Source: an uncultured Gemmatimonadales bacterium (GTDB taxonomy: Bacteria > Gemmatimonadota > Gemmatimonadetes > Gemmatimonadales > Gemmatimonadaceae). Taken from it: a stretch of 64,000 nucleotides of DNA. Below the pieces are notes generated by a model that had not been told where the DNA came from, made no database searches, and saw only the letters and a program-made list of their open reading frames with translations. Of this stretch, positions 1-9,638 are shown in pieces; within the stretch, counting starts at the first letter, position 1; each line of letters begins with the position of its first letter. The translations under genes were made by a program, and so were the position numbers. The stretch spans positions 640,001 through 704,000 of the forward strand of contig CAWKNZ010000007.1 of assembly GCA_963851265.1 (NCBI GenBank), written 5' to 3'.

Positions 1-906
1 ATGGACGCGCCGTGGGACGACGTGGGGCGCGCGGGCGAGTGGCTGCTCGGTCTGGAGCGCGCGCTCGCTCCGGACGTGGTGCAGGTGAACGGCTACGCGC
101 ACGGCGCCGTGCCGTGGCGCGCACCGTCCGTGGTGGTGGCGCACTCGGACGTGTGCTCGTGGTGGGCGGCGGTGCGGGGGGAGGCCGCGCCCGCGTCGTG
201 GGACCGGTACCGCGCGGCCGTCACGGCGGGGCTGGCCGGGGCGGGGGCGGTGGTCGCGCCGACGCGCGCCGTCGCCCGGGACCTCGCGCGGCATTACGGC
301 TTCGCGGTGGATCGGGTGCGGGTGGTCCCCAACGCGCGCCGCGCGGACGCGTACCCGCCGGTGGCCGCGAAGGAGCCGTTCGTGCTCGCCGCGGGGCGGC
401 TGTGGGACGAGGCGAAGAACGTGGCCGCCCTCGCCCGCGTCGCCGCCGGGCTGCCCTGGCCGGTCTACCTGGCCGGCGACGCGGCGAGCCCGGACGGGCG
501 CGCGGCGGGCTGGGACGCCGCGGCCGTGCGGCCGTTAGGCACGCTCGCGCCGGGCGCGCTGGCGGCGTGGATGGGTCGTGCGGCCGTCTACGCGCTGCCG
601 GCGCGCTACGAGCCGTTCGGGCTCTCGGCGCTCGAGGCCGGGCTGGCGGGGTGCGCCCTCGTGTTGGGCGACGTTCCGAGCCTGCGCGAGGTGTGGGGCG
701 ACGCGGCGACCTACGTCGCGCCGGACGACGACGCGGGGCTCGTCGCCGCGCTGCGCACGCTCGCTGCGGACGACGCGGGCCGCGCCGCGCGCGGGGCGCG
801 CGCGCGACGCCGCGCCCTCACCTTCCCCCCGGAACGCATGGCCGACGGGTACCTCGCCGCGTACGCCGCGGCCGCCCGCGCGGGGACGGCCGTCGAGGCG
901 GCGTGA
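1..906 (+). CDS. Glycosyltransferase family 4 (GT-B), probably 5'-truncated by the window edge
   Basis: GT4 signature PARYEPFGLSALEAGLAG and GRLWDEAKN; the N-terminal domain appears to be missing; TGA overlaps the next ATG. Confidence 0.85.
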   Translation: MDAPWDDVGRAGEWLLGLERALAPDVVQVNGYAHGAVPWRAPSVVVAHSDVCSWWAAVRGEAAPASWDRYRAAVTAGLAGAGAVVAPTRAVARDLARHYGFAVDRVRVVPNARRADAYPPVAAKEPFVLAAGRLWDEAKNVAALARVAAGLPWPVYLAGDAASPDGRAAGWDAAAVRPLGTLAPGALAAWMGRAAVYALPARYEPFGLSALEAGLAGCALVLGDVPSLREVWGDAATYVAPDDDAGLVAALRTLAADDAGRAARGARARRRALTFPPERMADGYLAAYAAAARAGTAVEAA

Positions 907-2018
907 TGCGGATCGTCATCTTCTGCCACTCGCTCGCCTCCGACTGGAACCACGGGAACGCGCACTTCCTGCGCGGCACCGCGCGCGAGCTGCAGGCGCG
1001 CGGCCACGACGTGCGCGTGTGGGAGCCGGCCGGCGCGTGGAGCGCGAGCAACCTCGCCGCCGAGTACGGCGCGGCCGCGCTCGAGGGGTGGCTCGCCGCG
1101 TACCCGGCGCTCGCGCGCGTGCGGCACGTGTACGACCCTGCGCGCCTCGACGCGGCGCTCGACGAGGCGCTCGACGGCGCGGACCTCGTGCTGGTGCACG
1201 AGTGGAGCGAGCACGCGCTCGTCGCCGCGGTCGGCGCGCGGCGCGCGGCGGGCAGCGGGCGATTCCGCCTTCTCTTCCACGACACGCACCACCGCTCGGT
1301 GACCGAGCCGGAGTCGATGCGCGCGTACGACCTGCGCGCGTACGACGGCGTGCTCGCCTTCGGCGAGGCGGTGCGGCAGGTCTACCTGACCAACGGCTGG
1401 GCCGCGCGCGCGTGGACGTGGCACGAGGCGGCGGACGTCGAGGTGTTCCGCCCGCGCCCGGGCGAGCGGCGCGCCGGCGACCTCGTGTGGGTCGGCAACT
1501 GGGGGGACGAGGAGCGCACCGAGGAGTTGCGCGAGTTCCTGTTAGGCCCGGTGCACGACCTGGGGCTCAGGGCGCGCGTGCACGGCGTGCGATACCCCGA
1601 GTACGCGCGGCGGGAGCTCGCAGCCGCGGGAATCGACTACGAGGGCTGGCTCCCCAACTACGAGGCGCCGCGCGTCTTCGCGCGCTACGGCGTGACGGTG
1701 CACGTGCCGCGGCGCCCGTACGTGCGCGCGCTCCCGGGCGTCCCGACCATCCGCGTGTTCGAGGCGCTCGCGTGCGGCATTCCGCTCGTGAGCGCGCCGT
1801 GGGACGACACCGAGGGGCTGTTCACGCCCGGCGAGGACTTCCTCGTTGCGCGCGACGGCGCCGAGATGCGCGGGCGGCTCCGCGACGTGCTCGGCGACCC
1901 GGCGCTCGCGCGGGCGCTGGCCGAGCGCGGCCGGGCGACGATCCTCGCGCGCCACACCTGCGGCCACCGCGCGGAGGAGTTGCTCGCCGTCGCCCGCGCG
2001 TTAGGAATCTCGCCATGA
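906..2018 (+). CDS. CgeB-like glycosyltransferase (spore maturation protein CgeB family)
   Basis: MRIVIFCHSLASDWNHGNAHFLRG start at a TGATG overlap; C-terminal RVFEALACG...HT motif of Glyco_trans_1_2. Confidence 0.85.
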   Translation: MRIVIFCHSLASDWNHGNAHFLRGTARELQARGHDVRVWEPAGAWSASNLAAEYGAAALEGWLAAYPALARVRHVYDPARLDAALDEALDGADLVLVHEWSEHALVAAVGARRAAGSGRFRLLFHDTHHRSVTEPESMRAYDLRAYDGVLAFGEAVRQVYLTNGWAARAWTWHEAADVEVFRPRPGERRAGDLVWVGNWGDEERTEELREFLLGPVHDLGLRARVHGVRYPEYARRELAAAGIDYEGWLPNYEAPRVFARYGVTVHVPRRPYVRALPGVPTIRVFEALACGIPLVSAPWDDTEGLFTPGEDFLVARDGAEMRGRLRDVLGDPALARALAERGRATILARHTCGHRAEELLAVARALGISP

Positions 2019-3091
2019 ACATCGCCTTCTTCGGCTCGTCGATCGTCTCCGCGTACTGGAACGGCGCGGCCACCTACTACCGCGGCATCGTGCGCGCGCT
2101 GCACGACCGCGGACACCGGGTCACGTTCTACGAGCCCGACGCGTACCAGCGGCAGCAGCACCGCGACATCGCCGACCCCGACTACGCGACCGTGGTCGTC
2201 TACCCGGGCGAGGGCGAGGACGGCGTGCACGGAGTGCTCGAACGCGCGCGGTCGGCCGACCTCGTGGTCAAGGCGAGCGGCGTGGGCGTGTTCGACGCGC
2301 TGCTGGAGCGCGAGGTGGCGCGGCTCCGTGCGCCCGGACGGCTCGTCGCCTTCTGGGACGTCGACGCGCCCGCGACGCTGCAGCGCGTGCACGAGGCGGG
2401 CGCCGGCCCCGGCGCGGACCCGTTCCGCGCGCTCGTGCCAGACTACGACCTCGTGCTGACGTACGGCGGCGGCGACCCGGTCGTCGCCGCGTACGCGGCG
2501 TTGGGCGCGCGGCGCTGCGTCCCGATCTACAACGCGCTCGACCCCGAAACGCACCACCCCGTGCCGCCCGAGGAGCGGTTCCGCTCCGACTGCGTGCTGC
2601 TCGCCAACCGGCTGCCCGACCGCGAGGCGCGCATCGACGAGTTCTTCTTCCGCGCGGCGGAATCCGCGCGGGGGCGCCGCTTCCTGCTCGGCGGCAACGG
2701 CTGGCACGACCGCGCGCTGCCGCCCAACGTCGCGGCACTCGGCCACGTCTACACCGGCGACCACAACGCGGTCAACTGCTCCACGCTCGCCGTGCTCAAC
2801 GTGCACCGCGACAGCATGGTCGCCAACGGCTGGTCGCCGGCGACGCGGCTGTTCGAGGCGGCGGGGGCGGGGGCCTGCCAGATCACCGACGCGTGGCGCG
2901 GGATCGAGGAGTTCCTCGAGCCCGGGCGCGAGGTGCTCGTGGCGGACGACGGCGCGGCGGTGGCGGCGCACGTCGACGCGCTCACCCCCGATCGGGCGCG
3001 CACGATCGGCGAGGCGGCGCTCCGCCGCGTGCTGGCGCACCACACGTACGCGCACCGCGCCGCGCAGGTCGAGGCCGTACTCTGCGGATGA
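2015..3091 (+). CDS. CgeB-like glycosyltransferase
   Basis: ATGA overlap; MNIAFFGSSIVSAYWNGAATYYRG, DVDAP, RLFEAAGAG, HTYAHRA. Confidence 0.85.
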   Translation: MNIAFFGSSIVSAYWNGAATYYRGIVRALHDRGHRVTFYEPDAYQRQQHRDIADPDYATVVVYPGEGEDGVHGVLERARSADLVVKASGVGVFDALLEREVARLRAPGRLVAFWDVDAPATLQRVHEAGAGPGADPFRALVPDYDLVLTYGGGDPVVAAYAALGARRCVPIYNALDPETHHPVPPEERFRSDCVLLANRLPDREARIDEFFFRAAESARGRRFLLGGNGWHDRALPPNVAALGHVYTGDHNAVNCSTLAVLNVHRDSMVANGWSPATRLFEAAGAGACQITDAWRGIEEFLEPGREVLVADDGAAVAAHVDALTPDRARTIGEAALRRVLAHHTYAHRAAQVEAVLCG

Positions 3092-3101
3092 GTGGTCGCA
3101 C

Positions 3102-4178
3102 ATGAACGTGGTCTTCCTCGGCCTGTCGATCACGTCGTCGTGGGGCAACGGCCACGCGACGACGTACCGCGGCCTCGTGCGCGAGCTGGCCGCGCGCGGG
3201 CACCGCGTCACGTTCCTCGAGCGGGACGTGCTGTGGTACCGCGACAACCGCGACATGCCCAACCCGGCCGGGTGCACCACGCTGCTTTACGCCTCGCTCG
3301 ACGAGCTGCGCGCGGAGCACGCCGAGCGCGTGCGCGACGCGGACGTGGTGGTCGTCGGCTCGTACGTACCCGAGGGGGTCGCGGTGGGCGAGTGGGCGGT
3401 GGCCACCGCGCGCGGGCTCGTCGGGTTCTACGACATCGACACGCCGGTCACGCTCGCCAAGCTCGCGCGCGGCGACCACGAGTACCTCACGCCCGCGCTC
3501 GTCGCACGCTACGGGCTCTACCTGTCGTTCACCGGCGGGCCCACGCTGCGGCGGATCGAGCGCGAGTTCGGCTCGCCGATGGCGCGCGCACTCTACTGCT
3601 CGGTCGACCCTGCGCTCTACTTCCCCGACCCGGGCGCCGAGCTGCGCTACGACCTCGGCTATATGGGTACCTACAGCGACGACCGGCAGCCAACGCTCGA
3701 CCGGCTGCTCGTGGAGCCCGCGCGCGCGTGGGGCGGCGGGCGATTCGTCGTCGCGGGACCGCAGTACCCCGCGTCGATCGCGTGGCCGCCCAACGTCGAG
3801 CGGACGACGCACCTCGCCCCGCGCGAGCACCGCGCGTTCTACTGCGCGCAGCGGTTCACGCTCAACGTGACGCGCGCGGACATGATCGCCGCGGGGTGGA
3901 GCCCCAGCGTGCGCCTGTTCGAGGCCGCCGCGTGCGCGACGCCGATCGTGAGCGACGCGTGGGCGGGGCTCGACGAGGTGCTCGCGCCGGGGCGGGAGAT
4001 CGTCGTCGCCGACGGGACCGACGACGTGCTCCGCGTGCTGCGCGGGATGGGCGACGCCGAGCGGCGAGCGCTGGGCGAGGCGGCCCGGGCGCGCGTGCTC
4101 GCGTCGCACACGGCGGCGCACCGAGCGGCGGAGTTCGAAGGGTACGCGCGCGAGGCGATGGCCGTGCTAGGTTCGTAG
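3102..4178 (+). CDS. CgeB-like glycosyltransferase
   Basis: SSWGNGHATTYRG, DIDTP, SVRLFEAAAC, HTAAHRA; paralog of the two upstream genes. Confidence 0.85.
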   Translation: MNVVFLGLSITSSWGNGHATTYRGLVRELAARGHRVTFLERDVLWYRDNRDMPNPAGCTTLLYASLDELRAEHAERVRDADVVVVGSYVPEGVAVGEWAVATARGLVGFYDIDTPVTLAKLARGDHEYLTPALVARYGLYLSFTGGPTLRRIEREFGSPMARALYCSVDPALYFPDPGAELRYDLGYMGTYSDDRQPTLDRLLVEPARAWGGGRFVVAGPQYPASIAWPPNVERTTHLAPREHRAFYCAQRFTLNVTRADMIAAGWSPSVRLFEAAACATPIVSDAWAGLDEVLAPGREIVVADGTDDVLRVLRGMGDAERRALGEAARARVLASHTAAHRAAEFEGYAREAMAVLGS

Positions 4179-4180
4179 CG

Positions 4181-5026
4181 ATGACCCGCCTTCTCCAGCA
4201 GCACGCGTCCGCCGGTTCTGCGGAGCGCGAGGCCGAGATCCTCGCGCTCGGGCCGTGGTTCCACAACCTGCACCTGCCCGACGGCGCGCAGACCGCGCCC
4301 GGCCACGCGTTAGGCGACTTCCCGCGCTTCAAGTGGCTGGAGCTCGCGCCGCACCTGCCCGACGACCTGACGGGCTGGACCGCGCTCGACATCGGCTGCA
4401 ACGCGGGCTTCTACGCCTTCGAGCTGGCCAAGCGCGGCGCGCGCGTCACCGGGATCGACGTCGAGCCGCTCTTCCTCCGCCAGGCCGAATGGGCGGCGCG
4501 CGAGTACGGGCTCACCGACCGCGTCGAGTTCCGGCGGCAGGCCGTCTACGACCTCGCGCAGACCGACGGGCAGTTCGACCTCGTCCTGTTCATGGGGGTG
4601 CTCTACCATCTGCGCTACCCGATGCTCGGCCTGGACCTCGTGACCGAGAAGGTGCGGCGCCTGATGGTGTTCCAGACGCTCACCGCGCCGGGAATGGAGG
4701 TGCACCCCGACACGGCGCGCGACCGCGACGTGCTGGAGCGCGACGACTTCTCCGCGGCGGGGTGGCCCAAGCTGTCGTTCATCGAGCACCCCTTCGCGGG
4801 CGACGAGACCAACTGGTGGGCGCCGAACCACGCGGGCGTGGAGGCCATGCTGCGCGCGAGCGGCATGCGCGTGACCGCGCGCCCCGGGCACGAGATTTAC
4901 TTCTGCGAGCCGGACGCCCGGGCCGACGCGTGGCCGCGCGGCCGCGGGCGCGCGGAGCTACTCTCAGCGACGGGGCGCGCGTGGCAGGCGGAGGCCGACC
5001 GGCGCGACGCCGGGACCGACAGCTGA
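4181..5026 (+). CDS. Class I SAM-dependent methyltransferase (TIGR04290-like)
   Basis: GPWFHNLHLP N-terminus, LDIGCNAG SAM-binding motif, FMGVLYHLRYP, DETNWWAPN. Confidence 0.85.
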   Translation: MTRLLQQHASAGSAEREAEILALGPWFHNLHLPDGAQTAPGHALGDFPRFKWLELAPHLPDDLTGWTALDIGCNAGFYAFELAKRGARVTGIDVEPLFLRQAEWAAREYGLTDRVEFRRQAVYDLAQTDGQFDLVLFMGVLYHLRYPMLGLDLVTEKVRRLMVFQTLTAPGMEVHPDTARDRDVLERDDFSAAGWPKLSFIEHPFAGDETNWWAPNHAGVEAMLRASGMRVTARPGHEIYFCEPDARADAWPRGRGRAELLSATGRAWQAEADRRDAGTDS

Positions 5027-5066
5027 CCGCGGCCACGCCGCGTTCGACAGGCATGCAGGGGAGGGG

Positions 5067-6965
5067 ATGACGATGATCGTGTACCGTTCCGCAACGCGTC
5101 GCGAGGCGCCGGAAGAGATGACCGAAGCGCTCGTCGACGCGGCCGCCGCCGTCGCGCGAGCGGCCGACGCGCCGGGCCCGGAGGCGCCGGGCCGGGAGGC
5201 GCCGGAGCCGGACGCGACGGGCCCGACCGCGACCGGCCCGACCGCGACGGCCCGGCGCGATCCGGTGGACTGGTGGACCGAGCGCCTCATCGAGGCCGGC
5301 GAGTTGGAGGCCGCGGTGCTCGACGCGCTGCATGCGGACGAGGACGCCGCGACGCCCGCCGCCGCGCCGCTCCGGCGGCTGACCCGCGCCGCCGCGCGCG
5401 GGCTGGCCGTCGCGCACGCCGCCGAGCGCGCCCCGGCGCGCGGCGTCGACGCGGGCCCGTCGCTCGCCCGCGCGCACGCCGCCCTCGCGGCCGCGGCGCA
5501 CGTGGCGGCCGTCGCGGTGCGCGACGCGGCCGCGGCGCTGCCGGGCGACGTGAGCGTCGGCGTGCCCGAGGGCTACGCCTACTACGGTCTCTACCCCGAG
5601 ACGTACGCGGCCGCGGCGCGGGAGTTCGCCACGCGCGTGGGGCCGCCGCGCGCGCTCGTCGTCGGGATCCGCGGCATCGGCACCGGGCTCGCCGCCGTCG
5701 TCGCCGACACGCTCGGCCGGCGCGGCGTCGACGTGCAGAGCGTGTCGGTCCGCCCGCGCGGCCACCCGTTCGACCGCACGCTCGCCCTCGACGCCGCGCT
5801 CGACGCGCTCCTGCGCGAGTACGCGACGCGCCCCGGCGCGTGGGTCGCGGTCGTCGACGAGGGGCCGGGCCTCAGCGGGTCGTCGCTCGCCGGCACCGCC
5901 GCGGCGCTCGCGGCGCGCGGGTTCGACGACGCGCGCATCGTGCTCTTCCCGAGCTGGGACACCGACGGCACCGGTCTGGTCAGCGACGCGGCGCGCGCGC
6001 GGTGGCCCCGCCACCGCCGGTTCGTCGCGAGCTTCGACGACGTGGTGATGGGGCGCGGCGGCCCGCGCTGGCCAGAGCACGGCGACGGTCCGCTCGAGAA
6101 CGTGGGCGGCGGGGCGTGGCGCGACCGGCACTGGGCGGCCGACCACCCCGACCGCCCCGCGATCCACCCGCATCACGAGTCGCGCAAGTACCGGCATGCG
6201 GCGCCCGACGGCGAGGACGCGCCGGTGTGGCACACGTTCGCCGGCCTCGGGCGGTACGGCCGCGCGCGAATGGCGATGGCCGAGCGGCTGGCCGCGGCCG
6301 GCTTCGGACCGCGCGTGCTCGGGTTGCGGCGCGGCTTCCTCGCCACCGCCGAGCACGCGGGGCGGCCGCTCGGGAGGCAGGACGCGTCGCCCGAGGTGCT
6401 CGACGCAATGGCGCGCTACCTCGCCTGGCGCCGGCGCGAGCTGCCGGGCACGCGCACGGTCTCGCTCGACGCGCTGCGCGAGATGGTCGGCCACAACGTG
6501 CGCCTCGCGCTCGGCGACGCGCTGGCCGACCGCGCGCTCGGCGTCGCGCGCGTCACGCCGGCGATCGAAGCGGCGCCGGTGGTGGCGATCGACGGCCGCA
6601 TGCAGCCGCACGAGTGGGTGCGCGGGCCTGCGGGACTCGTCAAGACCGACGGTCACGCGCACGGCGACGACCACTTCCTCCCCGGCGCGCAGGACGTGGC
6701 GTGGGACGTGGCCGGCGCGTGCGTCGAGTGGGAGCTCGCGCCCGAGGCGCGCGCGCGCTTCGTCGACGCGTACGCGGGGGCGGCGGACGACGCGGGCATC
6801 CGCGACCGGCTGCCGTTCCACGAGGTGGCCTACCTCGCCTTCCGGCTCGGCTACGCGACGCTCGGCGCGCAGGGACTCGGCGACCACGCCGACGCGGCGG
6901 GGCTGCGCGCGGCGGGCGGCCGCTACGCGGAGCGCCTGCGCGCGCTCCTGGCCGACCCCGCCTAA
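5067..6965 (+). CDS. Hypothetical protein with PRTase-like N-terminal and APH/kinase-like C-terminal motifs
   Basis: 632-aa ORF in the operon; VVGIRGIG and VVDEGPGLSGSSL (PRPP-loop-like); DGRMQPHEW/KTDG/DVAWDVA (phosphotransferase-like). Confidence 0.65.
   Translation: MTMIVYRSATRREAPEEMTEALVDAAAAVARAADAPGPEAPGREAPEPDATGPTATGPTATARRDPVDWWTERLIEAGELEAAVLDALHADEDAATPAAAPLRRLTRAAARGLAVAHAAERAPARGVDAGPSLARAHAALAAAAHVAAVAVRDAAAALPGDVSVGVPEGYAYYGLYPETYAAAAREFATRVGPPRALVVGIRGIGTGLAAVVADTLGRRGVDVQSVSVRPRGHPFDRTLALDAALDALLREYATRPGAWVAVVDEGPGLSGSSLAGTAAALAARGFDDARIVLFPSWDTDGTGLVSDAARARWPRHRRFVASFDDVVMGRGGPRWPEHGDGPLENVGGGAWRDRHWAADHPDRPAIHPHHESRKYRHAAPDGEDAPVWHTFAGLGRYGRARMAMAERLAAAGFGPRVLGLRRGFLATAEHAGRPLGRQDASPEVLDAMARYLAWRRRELPGTRTVSLDALREMVGHNVRLALGDALADRALGVARVTPAIEAAPVVAIDGRMQPHEWVRGPAGLVKTDGHAHGDDHFLPGAQDVAWDVAGACVEWELAPEARARFVDAYAGAADDAGIRDRLPFHEVAYLAFRLGYATLGAQGLGDHADAAGLRAAGGRYAERLRALLADPA
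5171..5253. repeat. Degenerate in-frame 15-bp tandem repeat (about 5.5 units)
   Basis: gccgggcccggaggc/gccgggccgggaggc/gccggagccggacgc/gacgggcccgaccgc/gaccggcccgaccgc, encoding PGPEA-PGREA-PEPDA-TGPTA-TGPTA. Confidence 0.75.
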
Positions 6966-6974
6966 CACGCCGCC

Positions 6975-7580
6975 GTGCGCGGACGGGGGCGCCCGGTCGA
7001 CTGGCGCGCGTGGCGGCTCGTGGTCTTCGACGCCGACGACACGCTGCGCACGACGCTCGTCGCCGGACAGCCGTGCCCGCGCGCGCCGGGCGAGTGGGCG
7101 CTGCTGCCGGGCGTGCGGGAGGCCCTCGGCGGCGTCCCGTGGGGAGCGTCCGGCGCGCCCGCGCTCGCGGTCGCGTCCAACCAGGACCAGGTCGCGTACG
7201 GGCACCTCACCGAGGGCGCGTCGCGGCGCCTGCTGGGCGACGCGGCCGAGGCGGCGAGCGGGTACCGGCCGCCCGACGCGCTCCTGCTGCTCTGTCCGCA
7301 CGCCCTCGGCGTGCGGTGCGACTGCCGCAAGCCCGCCCCCGGGATGCTGCACGCGGCGATGCGGTACGCCGGCGCGGCCCCGCACGAAACGCTGTTCGTC
7401 GGCAACGCCGAGAGCGACGCCGCGGCCGCGCGTGCCGCCGGGACGGCGTTCGCGTGGGCGTGGGACGCGTTCGGGTGGGGCGATCCCATCACCGCCGGGC
7501 TCTCGACCGACAGGCCCCTCGCTCCGCTCGGGACGACATCGTCGCCAGCTCCCGCCCACCACCCCGCTCCGCCACGATGA
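6975..7580 (+). CDS. HAD-IIIA family phosphatase (GmhB/histidinol-phosphatase-like)
   Basis: FDADDTL motif I, ASNQ, Zn-binding CPH...CDCRKPAPGM, FVGNAESD. Confidence 0.75.
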   Translation: MRGRGRPVDWRAWRLVVFDADDTLRTTLVAGQPCPRAPGEWALLPGVREALGGVPWGASGAPALAVASNQDQVAYGHLTEGASRRLLGDAAEAASGYRPPDALLLLCPHALGVRCDCRKPAPGMLHAAMRYAGAAPHETLFVGNAESDAAAARAAGTAFAWAWDAFGWGDPITAGLSTDRPLAPLGTTSSPAPAHHPAPPR

Positions 7581-8563
7581 TCGAAGCCGTCAAGCTCTGG
7601 AACGAGCCCAACAATCAGTCCCACTGGGACTTCCACATCGACCCGCGCTGGGAGCGCTTCTCCGAGATGGCCGGCGGTGCGGCGCGGCGCATCAAGGCGC
7701 TCGCCCCGGAGCTGCCGATCGTGTTGGGCGGCATGTCGCCCATCGACGCGAGCTGGCTGCGCCTCGTGGGGAGCCACGGTCTGCTCGACCTCGTCGACGT
7801 CGTCGCCGTTCACGGCTTCCCGCTCGACTGGAACCACTGGAACATCAATCAGTGGCCCGACAAGATCGCCGAGATCGAGCGCGAGACGTCGAAGCCGGTG
7901 TGGGTGACCGAGGTGGGGGTGTCGACGTTCGGCGCCGACGAGGTGCAGGAGTTCGGGCTTCGGCGCACCACCGAGCTGCTGGCCGACCGCGTGCCGCGCG
8001 CGTTCTGGTACTCGCTGCTCGACCTGCCGCCGACGTGGGAGGCCACCACGCGCCACCGCGAGAGCGAGGGGAGCGCGTACTACCGGCACTTCTACATGGG
8101 GCTCATCCGCGACGACCGAACCTTCAAGCCGTCGGCGGCGCACTTCGACCCGCGGTTAGGCATCTGCCAGTGGTTCCACTACGAGGACCACCGGCTCGAC
8201 TTCGCCGTCGGCGCGCTCAAGCAGCTCGGCGTGAAGAAGCTGCGCACCGGCCTGTCCTGGGCCGACTGGCACCGCCCCAACGCCCTCGCCTGGTTCGACC
8301 GGCAGATGGAGGCACTCGCCGACTTCGACGTCACGGTCACGCTCTGCTTCACGCCGCCGTCGCGCGGCATCAAGGAGCACCACACGAGCCCCCCGCGCGA
8401 GCCCGCCGAGTTCGGCGACTTCGCCGAGGCCATGGTGCGGCGCTACGTGCTCGGCCAGCGCGACGCCGGGGCGGTCGGCGCGCCCGTCGTGGCGGACGCG
8501 GAGGGCCCGGCGGGGGCGGAGACGCTGCTCGTGAGTCGCGACGTGGTGGAGGCGGCGCCGTGA
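7577..8563 (+). CDS. Clan GH-A glycoside hydrolase ('beta-xylosidase'-like), apparently circularly permuted
   Basis: ATGA overlap; WNEPNN acid/base motif at the N-terminus, VWVTEVG nucleophile motif, LGVKKLRTGLSW near the C-terminus. Confidence 0.8.
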   Translation: MIEAVKLWNEPNNQSHWDFHIDPRWERFSEMAGGAARRIKALAPELPIVLGGMSPIDASWLRLVGSHGLLDLVDVVAVHGFPLDWNHWNINQWPDKIAEIERETSKPVWVTEVGVSTFGADEVQEFGLRRTTELLADRVPRAFWYSLLDLPPTWEATTRHRESEGSAYYRHFYMGLIRDDRTFKPSAAHFDPRLGICQWFHYEDHRLDFAVGALKQLGVKKLRTGLSWADWHRPNALAWFDRQMEALADFDVTVTLCFTPPSRGIKEHHTSPPREPAEFGDFAEAMVRRYVLGQRDAGAVGAPVVADAEGPAGAETLLVSRDVVEAAP

Positions 8564-8573
8564 GCGGGGGAGC

Positions 8574-9629
8574 ATGATCATGGCGCCGCGGAGCGGCGTG
8601 TTCGCCGTGTCGGCGCTCGCGCTCTGGGCACGGGCGCTCGCCGGGCAGGCGGCACGTCCCACCGCGGCCTCCGTTGCGGCGACCGTCGATTCGCTCGTCG
8701 CCGACTTTCAGCGCGCCACCGGGGTGCCGGGCGTCTCGGTCGCGGTCATCCGCGCGGGACGCGACACCCTGGCGTACAAGGGGTACGGCCTCGCCGACGT
8801 CGAGAACGACGTGCCGGCCACGCCTCGCACGGTGTACCGCATCGGCTCGATCACGAAGCAGTTCACGTCGGCCGCGGTGCTGCAACTCGCCGAGCAGGGA
8901 CGGCTCTCGCTCGACGCCGCCCTGGGCACGGTATTGCCGCAGGTGCCGGCGGCGTGGCGCGGCGTGACCATCCGCCAGCTACTCAGCCACACGTCGGGCA
9001 TCCGGAGCTACACCGACATCGGACCGCGCTGGCAGCGCCGGTGGGGCGAGGACATGGTCCCCGACACGATCCTTTCACTCGTCCGTGACGACACGCTCGA
9101 CTTCGCCCCGGGCACCCGGTGGCATTACGACAACACAGGCTACGTGGTGCTCGGAATGGTCGTCGAGAAGGTCGCGGGCCAGCCATACGCCGAGTACCTG
9201 CGGGAGCACCTCTGGCAACCGCTCGGTCTGACGAGCACGTACTACTGCGACGCCGCGCCGATCGTTCCGCACCGCGCGCGGGGCTACGACGCGGCACGCG
9301 GCGCGCTCGTGAACGCGGCTTATCTCCGCGTGACGCAGCCGTTCGCGGCGGGCGCGCTCTGCTCCACCGTGGGCGACCTCGCGGCGTGGAACCGCGCGCT
9401 CGCGACGGGCCGTGTCGTCCGGGCGGCCTCGTGGACGCGCATGACCACGCCCGAGGGGGCCGCCGCGCACACGCGTTCGGTGCGGCGTTCGACGCGGCGT
9501 TCCGTGTCACGTTCACGGTGGAGGGCGACGCCGCGACCGCGATCGACGTGCGCCAGGGCGGCGGCCGCTTCGGCGGCCGGCGCGTGCCGTGAGCGTCGGT
9601 TGACCAACGTCGGTCGCGCCGCGCGGTAG
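8574..9629 (+). pseudogene. Serine hydrolase (beta-lactamase/AmpC-like) with internal deletion and frameshift
   Basis: Signal peptide, GSITKQF (SxxK) and YDN (YxN) present; the frame runs into R/S-rich junk after TPEGAAAH with no HxG/KTG motif; a plausible native C-terminus lies in another frame ending at 9592. Confidence 0.65.
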
Positions 9630-9638
9630 CCGCCGGCC

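Noticed and set aside
4779..8577. Many long overlapping Arg/Ala/Gly-rich ORFs here and throughout the track
   Set aside because: Expected off-frame and antisense ORFs in very GC-rich DNA; they have no recognisable motifs and overlap well-supported genes.
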